This document shows positions 35,044 through 44,550 of a DNA stretch of 64,000 nt, one piece after another. The notes under the pieces are model-generated. The model had not been told where the DNA came from and made no database searches. It was given only the letters and a program-made list of their open reading frames with translations. The translations under genes were made by a program, and so were the position numbers. The DNA lies in assembly GCA_020184695.1 (NCBI GenBank), contig JAANOX010000253.1, positions 186,001 through 250,000 on the forward strand, written 5' to 3'. How positions within the stretch are numbered: the first letter of the stretch is position 1; every line of letters begins with the position of its first letter. The stretch is from Histomonas meleagridis 2922-C6/04-290x. Its lineage: Eukaryota; Protista; Parabasalia.

Positions 35044-36474
35044 TCAAGCATAATTTTTCCTCACAAACTCCACCATTGCAGGGAAAGCCTCGAATTCAGA
35101 CTCGAATTTCTTACTTAGCCTTGTCAGCGCCATTTTATAGTCACTAAAATCTTCATCGTTATGCTTCAGGCCCAAATAAGGCTGATCGCTCTCTGCGAAG
35201 TCTTCTTGTTTCACGTTGTTCAACATATCATCTTCAGCGCCACTTACTGCTACAATGTACAACAAATACCAAATCTTTTCTAGTGAACCTCTTCCCAACT
35301 TTCCAGGGAAGTATTTCGTACATAAATCGACAACTTGGAAGATATCTCTTCTTAAGTCTACAGCTCTTCCTTTAGATGCTTGTACTTCCCCATAATAACC
35401 AACGAAGTATGATAAAGAATATTTAATAAAGTCCTTTATCAGTTCAATTGGTATTTCGGAATGTTGTTTTGCTTTATTAGAGAAATTAATTAAGAATAAT
35501 TTCCAGGACTCTAATGGCTCACTAATACATCCTTCAGTTTCTTCGCTATCCCATGAAATATGAACAAAACATCCAAAAATATATTTGAATAGGAAGTTGT
35601 GTAAATCATTCAATGCTAGATTGAAGAATTCGTTAACTTTCTCTTTTAGAATTGGGAGGTCATGGAATAAAGGAGAAGTGGATATTATTCGAAGCTTTTG
35701 GAGCTTATGAAGTGAACTATCAACAACTTTGCTGTTGGTGTATTCAGATATGGTATCAGAAAAAATTGAGGTATAATTGGGTGGATCAAGTGGATAATGT
35801 TCATGAATCGATTCAGAAAGCCATACAAAATGCTCAGCATCAAATTCAGAAAGACGAACAAATGTGGTTAAAATTCGTGATACAAATGTAATAAAATTGG
35901 TGTTAGTGATTTTGTAGTTGTTGGGGAGTTTGCAAATACGGATATATCCTGCAGCTGCATAAAAAATGTCTATGACATCATCTTCAGTTTGAACTTTAGA
36001 AAAATTACAAAGTTCACTATGAAGAAAAGAATCAATGCCATACTCAAAAAGCATTACTGGGGTAAAGAATTTGGTTGCAAGTTCATGCGATTGCTTTGAT
36101 GTGACTTTTAATGCAGTAGCTTGAACTTCAGTATGAAGAATGTTCCAAAGAATTCTTGAATCTTTTACAATTTTAGAGAGACGTTGAACACATAATTGAA
36201 ATTCTGAAAATGTTTGAGCACTCTCCAAATTTTTTAACATTGTATCAACAGAAGAAGCACGAAGATTATTCCATTCAGCAGTGAATTCGTCATCTTCTGG
36301 AAGCATTTTCCCTGATCCTCTTACTCGGATATCTTGAAATCTTTCTAGCTCTGGATAAAGATAAAAATATTGTTTCCATTTCTGAAGGGTCATATACTTA
36401 AAGCATTCATGGACACGCTTTATTGCGTTTCCTGGGTTGATATCCATTGACGGCATTTCATCTGTTTGATCCAT
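35044..36474 (-). CDS. Hypothetical alpha-helical protein (476 aa)
   Basis: Long intact ORF with no motif I recognise. Confidence 0.8.
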   Translation of the reverse strand: MDQTDEMPSMDINPGNAIKRVHECFKYMTLQKWKQYFYLYPELERFQDIRVRGSGKMLPEDDEFTAEWNNLRASSVDTMLKNLESAQTFSEFQLCVQRLSKIVKDSRILWNILHTEVQATALKVTSKQSHELATKFFTPVMLFEYGIDSFLHSELCNFSKVQTEDDVIDIFYAAAGYIRICKLPNNYKITNTNFITFVSRILTTFVRLSEFDAEHFVWLSESIHEHYPLDPPNYTSIFSDTISEYTNSKVVDSSLHKLQKLRIISTSPLFHDLPILKEKVNEFFNLALNDLHNFLFKYIFGCFVHISWDSEETEGCISEPLESWKLFLINFSNKAKQHSEIPIELIKDFIKYSLSYFVGYYGEVQASKGRAVDLRRDIFQVVDLCTKYFPGKLGRGSLEKIWYLLYIVAVSGAEDDMLNNVKQEDFAESDQPYLGLKHNDEDFSDYKMALTRLSKKFESEFEAFPAMVEFVRKNYA

Positions 36475-36606
36475 TAGATATTTTGTGTGTTTTATAACGT
36501 GTTTGAAGCCGATAATGTTTTAAATGTTTAAACGTGTTTTAATATTCAATTTTTTGAATTCATTTGATCAAATAATTTGGTGTGCCCTATTAAACGTCTT
36601 CTTTAC

Positions 36607-37314
36607 ATGGAAAAAGAAGACAGGGAACGTACCCTCCCACAAAATAAAACTAACCCACGCAAACGTAACTCCCGCAAAAAAGAAGTCAAAGCCTTGGATG
36701 GGCCAAAAATAATAATGGATATGAGCTGGGATTTTTATATGGATGAGCATCTTCAAAAAAAAGTTGTATCCCAAATATCTATGGCCTATAGTTTTAACAA
36801 AGCATCAAATTTTTCTCTTCCAATGATATTCACTTCTATGAATCCTACTTGGGACGCTTTATTCAATAGAGTTAGTGCATTTGGCTGGAACAAAAAGATT
36901 GTTACTTTCCATAATGAATCACTCCTTGACGTGTTCCAAACTAAAGATTTAATTTATTTAACGGCAGATACAGATAATGTTTGCATGAAATTAGATCCTT
37001 CTAAGTACTATATAATTGGTTGCTTACTTGACCACAACTCAAAAAAAGGCGTTACTCGTGATTTTGCTCTCAAAAACAATATTAGAATGGAAAGATTACC
37101 AATTTCAGAACATATCAAAATGGAGGGAAGACAAGTGCTTACAATAAACCACGTTGCAGAAATACTGGTGCGAGTTGGAAATGGGCTTTCTTGGGGTGAA
37201 GCTTTAGTTCAGACAATTCCACAAAGAAAAAATCCAATACTCATTACAAAACAGGAAAACACACAAAAAATTGAAGAGCAAAGCGGTGTTTTCAAGTTGT
37301 GTGAAATACAGTAA
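36607..37314 (+). CDS. TRM10: tRNA (guanine-N1)-methyltransferase, TRM10 family
   Basis: LIYLTADTDNV, YIIGCLLDHN, RLPI, VLTINHVAEIL, SWGEALVQTIPQRK. Confidence 0.9.
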   Translation: MEKEDRERTLPQNKTNPRKRNSRKKEVKALDGPKIIMDMSWDFYMDEHLQKKVVSQISMAYSFNKASNFSLPMIFTSMNPTWDALFNRVSAFGWNKKIVTFHNESLLDVFQTKDLIYLTADTDNVCMKLDPSKYYIIGCLLDHNSKKGVTRDFALKNNIRMERLPISEHIKMEGRQVLTINHVAEILVRVGNGLSWGEALVQTIPQRKNPILITKQENTQKIEEQSGVFKLCEIQ

Positions 37315-37773
37315 AATAAAAATGGAATAGAGATATTTCATCATCTTCTAATTTAATTACAAGACGGATAACCAACAGGGAAAATTTTTATATAAAATGT
37401 ATTTGCAGCAAAGTAGAAATTTAACAAAAATTTTCGAAATATATTTTTAGAAATTAATAATACTGTTACTTAAAATGTAATAACCAATACAGTAAAGATG
37501 GGCCCTCAGTTTTAGAGCTATTGATATGTATTTATTTCAATCAAAATTAATTAATTAATTAAATTACAAAAAAAAATCTTCATCGTGAACAAAATTCATC
37601 TAATTCATCATCCAATTTTTCGGTGAAAATTCTCTGGATATAATTATGGTTGAAAAATTAGCTTTTATTCTGTTTTGATAAATAACCTCATCGATCGTCC
37701 GATAGGCTTTGTGTGGCCTTTCGGTATTGAAAAATTTCTGAGATTTTCTGAAATTCGAATTAATTTAAAGTAG

Positions 37774-37784
37774 TCATATCACTT
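37774..37784 (+). promoter_or_regulatory. Tandem Inr elements (TCATATCACTT) of PEPCK
   Basis: Inr consensus 6 nt before the ATG at 37791. Confidence 0.6.
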
Positions 37785-37790
37785 TTAGAT

Positions 37791-39589
37791 ATGTCTGCTC
37801 CGACATCTTGCCAAAAGGTTCTCGATTTCGTCAAGCACTGGACTGATCTCTGCAAACCAAAGAATGTTCAATGGTGCGATGGAAGTGAAGAAGAAGCCAA
37901 GAAATTATTCGATGAAATGGTTGCCAAAGGCACAGCCATCAAACTCAACCAAGAAAAGCGCCCAGGCTGCTATCTTTTCCGCTCTGATCCACGTGATGTT
38001 GCTCGTGTAGAAAAGCGTACATTCATCTGCTCTGAAAAGCAAGAAGACGCTGGACCAACAAACAACTGGGAAGCACCAGCTGACATGCAAAAGAGACTTA
38101 CAGCTCTCTATGATGGATGCATGGAAGGCCGTACAATGTACATCATTCCATTCTCAATGGGTCCAATCGGTTCCAACATTGCCAAGAACGGTATCGAAAT
38201 CACCGACTCTGCTTATGTTGTTGTCAACATGCGTATCATGACCCGCGTTTCACCAAAGATTCTCGAATGCATTGAAAAGGATAATGAATTCATCCCATGC
38301 GTCCACTCCGTTGGTATGCCACTCAAGGAAGGCGTTAAGGATGTTGCTTGGCCATGCAACCCAGAAAACACATACATCACACACTTCCCAGAAACCCGTC
38401 AAATCTGGTCCTTCGGTTCAGGATATGGTGGTAATGCACTCCTTGGTAAGAAATGCTTCGCCCTCCGTATTGGTTCCAAACTTGGTAAAGATGAAGGTTG
38501 GCTCGCCGAACATATGCTTATCCTTGGTATCCAAACACCAGAAGGCAACAAGAAATACGTCACAGCAGCCTTCCCATCAGCTTGCGGTAAGACAAACTTA
38601 GCCATGCTTATCCCACCAGAAGCCCTCCGTAACAAGGGATGGAAGGTTACCACAGTTGGTGATGATATCGCATGGATCAAACCAGATGCAACTGGCCAAC
38701 TTCGTGCCATCAACCCAGAAAATGGTTTCTTCGGTGTTGCCCCAGGTACAGCCCGCGAAACAAATCCAAACGCACTTGACTCATGCGCTAACAACACAAT
38801 CTTCACAAACGTTGCCCTCACTGATGATGGCGATGTTTGGTGGGAAGGTATGACCAAAGAAAAGCCAGCACATCTTATCGACTGGCAAGGTAACGACTGG
38901 ACACCAGACTGCGGACGTCTTGCAGCACATCCAAACTCACGTTTCACAGCCCCAGCACACAACTGCCCATGCATTGACCCAGAATGGGAAAATCCAGAAG
39001 GTGTTCCAATCAGCATCTTCATCTATGGTGGCCGTCGTATGAACGATATCCCACTTGTCTTCCAAGCCACAAGCTGGGCACATGGTGTTTACCTCGGTGC
39101 TACAGTCGGTTCAGAACAAACAGCAGCTGCTGAAGGTCAAGTCGGCGCACTCCGTCGTGATCCATTCGCCATGCTTCCATTCTGCGGCTACCACATGGGT
39201 GACTACTTCAAGCACTACCTCGAAATGGAGAAGATCACAAGGGCAAAGTTCCAGCAGTCTTCCACGTTAACTGGTTCCGCAAGTCAGCAGACGGCAAGTT
39301 CCTCTGGCCAGGATATGGTGACAACGCACGCGTTCTCGCTTGGATGATCCGCCGCGTCGAAGGCACAGGACACGCTGTCGAATCACCACTCGGCTACATC
39401 CCAGCTTACGAAGATATCGACTGGGACGGACTCAACTACACTAAGGAACAATTCGAAGCTGTTATGAAGATCGACCCAGCACGCGTTAAGGTCCTCGCTC
39501 AAGATAACACTAAGTACCTCTCTGAAACAATCGGCCACGCTGCTCCAGAATTACTCGCTGTCTCAGAACAAATCATCGCCAAGTGCTAA
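37791..39589 (+). CDS. PEPCK: GTP-dependent phosphoenolpyruvate carboxykinase, with an apparent 1-nt deletion near 39240
   Basis: [39 protein letters not shown]. The conserved C-terminus ([27 protein letters not shown]) continues in another frame after ACAAGGGCAAAG. Confidence 0.9.
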
Positions 39590-40104
39590 ATGACTAAACA
39601 ATAACTGGCAAATACATTTGAAATTTGTGGATTATCTAATGATATGATTCATTTCGTTTGCATCAGTTATCTCCAAAACTTGAGATCAAATGTTTCTTTT
39701 GCATGTAAAAAGCATTTCGAATTGTTTTCTGTAATTTGTCAAAAGATTTTAAATTATGAGGTTTACACGATATTGAATGAAATTATTGTTGGTGTCGTAT
39801 TGGGGCATCATATATAAAAATTATTCCTTTTCTTGTCACAACAAGTACATGAGCTATAACATATACAAAATTTGGCGTGTTCTAATTTTATGTTTCTAAA
39901 AATTAGATTCACCTTGGAAGGTGTAAAAAGTTGGTTAGCATTTTGTTATAAATTTTCAATGAAAGGGACCAATTTTGTTTTCAATTTCATATTTCTGAAG
40001 GCCTCACAAAAAGTTAGATTGAATTCTACGTTATTAGATTTTTGTCCCCTCAGAAACATACTTTTTGAATTGAACCGCCCAAAAACGATGAACTCATGAA
40101 CTCA

Positions 40105-40110
40105 TCACTT
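40105..40110 (+). promoter_or_regulatory. Inr element TCACTT of threonine dehydratase
   Basis: Inr consensus 7 nt before the ATG at 40118. Confidence 0.55.
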
Positions 40111-40117
40111 CAAAAAA

Positions 40118-41365
40118 ATGTCAGAGCATTCTTGCATAACATTAGATGATGTTAAAGAAGCAAGAGAAAGGATCAAAGATGAAGCTGTTGTTACTCCACT
40201 AAGTCAACCAAGCAATCTCGCAAAAATGTGCGGATGTAATCTTTATCTCAAAGTTGAAGCACTTCAAAGATGCAAAGCTTTCAAATTTAGGGGAGCATTA
40301 AATAAAATGAGAACACTCAAAGAAGGTACCACTGTTGTTTGTGTCAGCGCTGGAAATCATTCACAAGGTGTTGCTCTTGCTGCTTCTCTTTGTAAGTGCA
40401 AGTCCATCATCTACATGCCAGAAAATGCATCCATTGCCAAAGTTAATGCTACTAAACATTATGGAGGAAACGTCGTTCAAATTGGTGAAACTTTTGATGA
40501 TGCCAAAAGAGAAATGGAAAAGGCTTTAGCTGAGCATACTGATTGGGTATTTGTTCCACCATACAATGATAAGTATATCATTGCTGGAACAGGAACCATT
40601 GGTTTAGAAATATTTGAACAAAATCCAAATATTGACACCGTTGTTGTTCCAATTGGAGGCGGTGGTCTTATCAGTGGTGTTGCGTTTACACTTAAGAAAC
40701 TTAAGCCCAATATCAGAATTGTTGGTGTACAAATGGCATCATGTCCTGAAACTTACAAACTTTTCAACAAACAAAAGAAGCGGATTGTCGATCCATTACC
40801 AAAAGAAACCAAAACACCACTTGCTGATGGCATTGCCGTTAAAAGTCCAGGTGATCTCAATCTTGATATCATCTATCATTATGTTGACGATGTTGTTGTT
40901 GTATCTGAAGATGATGTTGCTATTGCTGTTGCTCTTCTTGCCGAACGTGCAAAGCTTGTTTGCGAAGGCGCTGGCGCGTCATCATTTGCGGCCGTTTATT
41001 CCAAGAAATTTTACTTCGAAGAAAACGAAAACATTTGCTGCGTAATAAGTGGTGGTAACATTGAACTTAAGATGTTATCAAGATGTATCGATCGCGCATT
41101 ATTCCTTCGTGGCACAAGATTGATGATCGAAGTTGTTCTCCCATATGGCACAAGTAACTACTCGAATTTCTTAAGCATCTTGGTGCAAAATCATATCGAT
41201 GTGTTATCCGCTGTGTCATTACCTCACGTAGATGTCTACGCAAACAAGGAACACTACAATTTGACCGTAGATATTCCAAACACAACCGCGTTCGAAAACG
41301 TTAAATCAAGCTGCGCCGAAAGAGGATGGGTGGTAACTCAACTTAGCTCAACTGCAGTTGATTAA
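40118..41365 (+). CDS. ilvA: Threonine/serine dehydratase (PLP-dependent) with C-terminal ACT-like domain
   Basis: KVEALQRCKAFKFRGA, SAGNHSQG, VPIGGGGLISG, ADGIAV, ISGGNI. Confidence 0.88.
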   Translation: MSEHSCITLDDVKEARERIKDEAVVTPLSQPSNLAKMCGCNLYLKVEALQRCKAFKFRGALNKMRTLKEGTTVVCVSAGNHSQGVALAASLCKCKSIIYMPENASIAKVNATKHYGGNVVQIGETFDDAKREMEKALAEHTDWVFVPPYNDKYIIAGTGTIGLEIFEQNPNIDTVVVPIGGGGLISGVAFTLKKLKPNIRIVGVQMASCPETYKLFNKQKKRIVDPLPKETKTPLADGIAVKSPGDLNLDIIYHYVDDVVVVSEDDVAIAVALLAERAKLVCEGAGASSFAAVYSKKFYFEENENICCVISGGNIELKMLSRCIDRALFLRGTRLMIEVVLPYGTSNYSNFLSILVQNHIDVLSAVSLPHVDVYANKEHYNLTVDIPNTTAFENVKSSCAERGWVVTQLSSTAVD

Positions 41366-41719
41366 ACAGCTGCAAATTAGTAATAAAGAAAAAATGAAAT
41401 CAAATTTTTAATTTATGCTTTAGATTATTCGCTCTTAATCATTGCAAACTCAGCGAAGAAGTTAGGCAATACAGTTTCACAAGAGAGCGGAATTTGTATA
41501 ATGTTTAAAAGGCTATTTAATAGTTATTGCAAATTGCACTTTATTATTCGAAAAGGATATCTTAAAGAATATTGATGTTGATGAAAGTATAAGAATGAAA
41601 ATTCTTTTCAAATGGATATTTTTTGCTATGAAGGAAAAAGTTAAATAGAGAAAAGTTTTCAATACTTTATATAAAAATAAACGGCTTTGAGAATATATTA
41701 ACGTCTTCAAAGAATCAAA

Positions 41720-42139
41720 ATGACGAAGCCAGCTCCAAAAAACAATCTCAAATATAATGTTCCCAATGACGAAAACAGGGAAATACGCATGGAGTTAATC
41801 AAAAAGACATCATTATTACAAAAAACAGTTTATTTTGAATCAATTTCAGGACCTAAAATCGAAAAACTTGAAAGTGAAAACAATGAGCTGGTGAAAATAT
41901 GCAATGAAAAAGAAAATAGAATTGCAGAAATTGAGAAAAAAATAAATGATGAAAAAGAATTAAAAATGAAACTTGAATCAGCAAATGAATATAACCCTGA
42001 TAAAATTAATCAAATGATTAAGAAAATAACAAAACTTGAAGAAAAATTGCAATCACTTTTGAAAACAAAAGAAGAATATTTAACAAAGGCCAATTCACCT
42101 TATGATGAAGAGGAAGAGGAGTATGAAGATACACCGTGA
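41720..42139 (+). CDS. Hypothetical coiled-coil protein
   Basis: E/K-rich heptad pattern and acidic tail. Confidence 0.7.
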   Translation: MTKPAPKNNLKYNVPNDENREIRMELIKKTSLLQKTVYFESISGPKIEKLESENNELVKICNEKENRIAEIEKKINDEKELKMKLESANEYNPDKINQMIKKITKLEEKLQSLLKTKEEYLTKANSPYDEEEEEYEDTP

Positions 42140-42253
42140 AATTGTTTTTTATGATAAGTAAACAGATATCAAATATATGATTTGAAAATTTAAATTGATT
42201 TCAGTTGAAAAAAATAGTCATCTAACTTTTCTTTTTATTTATACTATCATCAA

Positions 42254-42442
42254 TCATTTTTTTAATCCTTGGAAATATTCTCTTGCAAATTCTAAAGGTT
42301 TTTCTGGTTTTGCTTCAATAATTGCTTGCATTAATTTCTGTATAATTTCTCTTATTTCTGGATGAGCTTGAATGTATTGCTTCACTTCTTCCCTTTGCTT
42401 TTGTGAGTATTCTGGAGGAACAGATTGGAATGAAGCATCCAT
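42254..42442 (-). CDS. Small RIIa/Dpy-30-like dimerisation-docking domain protein
   Basis: VKQYIQAHPEIREIIQKLMQAIIEAKPEKPLEFAREYF. Confidence 0.75.
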   Translation of the reverse strand: MDASFQSVPPEYSQKQREEVKQYIQAHPEIREIIQKLMQAIIEAKPEKPLEFAREYFQGLKK

Positions 42443-42481
42443 CTTAAAAATGTACGTTATCAATTTCACAAAGTTTGTTTC

Positions 42482-43180
42482 ATGAGTATGCCTCAATCCC
42501 CACGCCCAAGCTCAAGACAAAAGAAGACGGGGATAACAATTTTAGCTAACCAAAATCCAATAAAAAAACCTACAATTTCAGATCTTAGAAATGAGAAACA
42601 GATTCCTCGATCACCAAGAACATTTCAAAATGATAAACCAACAAGTGCCAGACAACAAACTCCAACTTTTGGCTCATCAGAGCAATTTAAAAAACCAACA
42701 ATATCAGATTTGAATAATATTAAATTTGATTTTAATGTAAACAAAAAAGAAGAACCAGGTTATAAACCATATACAATTGAAGAGTATAGAGAAATCCAAC
42801 AAATGGAAGATTTTAGTAGTAGAGGTGGACTTGGACCATCACTTGATGAAGAATGGGAAAGGAAGAAAGAAATGAGAACTCGACTTATGCAATTTGGGCA
42901 GCGAATAAAACAAGACAATAAAGCTAATGTTGTCAAGAGAGCCAAGCCAAGGAAGCCACCTCCAAAGCAACAAAGCAAAACTGATAAAATGAAGGAATAC
43001 GCAAACAGCATTCCAAAGCCAAAAATACATTCACGAGCAGGCGCTTCTAGGCCAAAGTCAAAACCGAAGGCGGATCCTGTTGTTGCAACATATGATATAG
43101 ATGCTGAGCTCCAGAGGCATCACCATTTCTCCGAAAGAATTAACTCATTTCGGAAATCACTTGCAAAATATTTAGATTAG
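42482..43180 (+). CDS. JHY-like flagellar/ciliary protein
   Basis: YKPYTIEEY..GGLGP..KMKEYANSIPKP..LQRHH pattern resembles the JHY C-terminal domain, from recall. Confidence 0.55.
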   Translation: MSMPQSPRPSSRQKKTGITILANQNPIKKPTISDLRNEKQIPRSPRTFQNDKPTSARQQTPTFGSSEQFKKPTISDLNNIKFDFNVNKKEEPGYKPYTIEEYREIQQMEDFSSRGGLGPSLDEEWERKKEMRTRLMQFGQRIKQDNKANVVKRAKPRKPPPKQQSKTDKMKEYANSIPKPKIHSRAGASRPKSKPKADPVVATYDIDAELQRHHHFSERINSFRKSLAKYLD

Positions 43181-43280
43181 ACTTTGTTTGTAGTTTTTTT
43201 AAATAAAAAAGGAATGCAATAGTTATCAACAAGCCTTGATTCAAACATTAAAAATTGGAATTTTGTTGACCGTTAATATA

Positions 43281-43994
43281 ATGACGAACGCTATAAAATC
43301 TTTCAAGAATAAAACACCTAAAAATACTGTTTACAGGGTCGGTGGAGATATTGTTAATGAGAAAATGCGCGCGGTTGCAATTTCAGATTGTCACTTTGGA
43401 AAAAATATAGCAATTACATCTTCGGTTCCAATATTCATAAAAAATATTCAGAAAATCATCCTTAAAGAAAAAGCAACTGTTTTATTTATACTTGGCGATA
43501 TTACACATATTAATTGTGGTGATGCACAAACCTATGCATATCTATTTGAAAACTTGAACCAATTTGGAATTCCAATTTTCGCAATCTCAGGAAATCATGA
43601 TAGAAGCATTAGTACCAAGTACGCCAAAATTATGCCAAAATATTCTAATGTACACATGGTCACAAGTGATTTATTAATAAAACTTACACATCCAAATCCA
43701 AAACCTGGAGAAATATCAAACCTATACATGACTCACGACCTTGGTGAACCTCTTCGACTTACTCGAACACAATGCAAATCTTACATGTTAGCACTTAAGC
43801 AAGTTAATTCGAATGTCATTGGTGCAGAAGATTATCTTCTTACAGGACATACACATGAATGCGTTGAAGTTCCTGATGAACGATGCTCATGTTTGAAACC
43901 GATGTCAGTTGATTTAAATTTCTTCGGATATGCATTGATCACTGCTGAGAACGGATTTGTTGTACAACATTTTGATGATGCCCGATTACATTAA
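43281..43994 (+). CDS. Calcineurin-like metallophosphoesterase
   Basis: ISDCHFG, LGDI, SGNHD, THD, TGHTH motifs in canonical order. Confidence 0.85.
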   Translation: MTNAIKSFKNKTPKNTVYRVGGDIVNEKMRAVAISDCHFGKNIAITSSVPIFIKNIQKIILKEKATVLFILGDITHINCGDAQTYAYLFENLNQFGIPIFAISGNHDRSISTKYAKIMPKYSNVHMVTSDLLIKLTHPNPKPGEISNLYMTHDLGEPLRLTRTQCKSYMLALKQVNSNVIGAEDYLLTGHTHECVEVPDERCSCLKPMSVDLNFFGYALITAENGFVVQHFDDARLH

Positions 43995-44550
43995 TAAAAA
44001 AATTATTAAAATTATTAAAATGTGCATGTTTAAATTGAGCATTTTATTATTATAGATTCTAAATTTTTGATATTTGGATTATCACAAGTCTCAAAATCAA
44101 TTCAATTTCATGAAATGGTGTTAATGAAAATTGTTTGTCTGGTTTTTCAAAAAAATATTATTAATTAGCACATAAAATCATGTAAAATTATTAAATATTT
44201 TGGTACTTAACTAAATTATGATATAACTCTAATATTTTCGAAATTTATATCTATTGTAGATTCAGAAAGTTTAAGTTTTAACTTCAAAAATAATTTATCA
44301 ACTATCATAAAAATGATATTTTCTGTAATAATCAAACACGATGTCATTATGATGAAGATTGATATAATCAAAATCTAAAAATATTGATTATTCGTTTAGA
44401 AAAATGGGTGCTACAGTATTCTATATATTTTATGAGGGTTCATTTTTCAGATAAGTTTGTCACAGATACTCGGGAAATTATATATTTATTTTTATTAGAA
44501 AATGTGTGTCTATTAAAATAAATTTTTTTTGTAGATTTTTATTCATTAAA

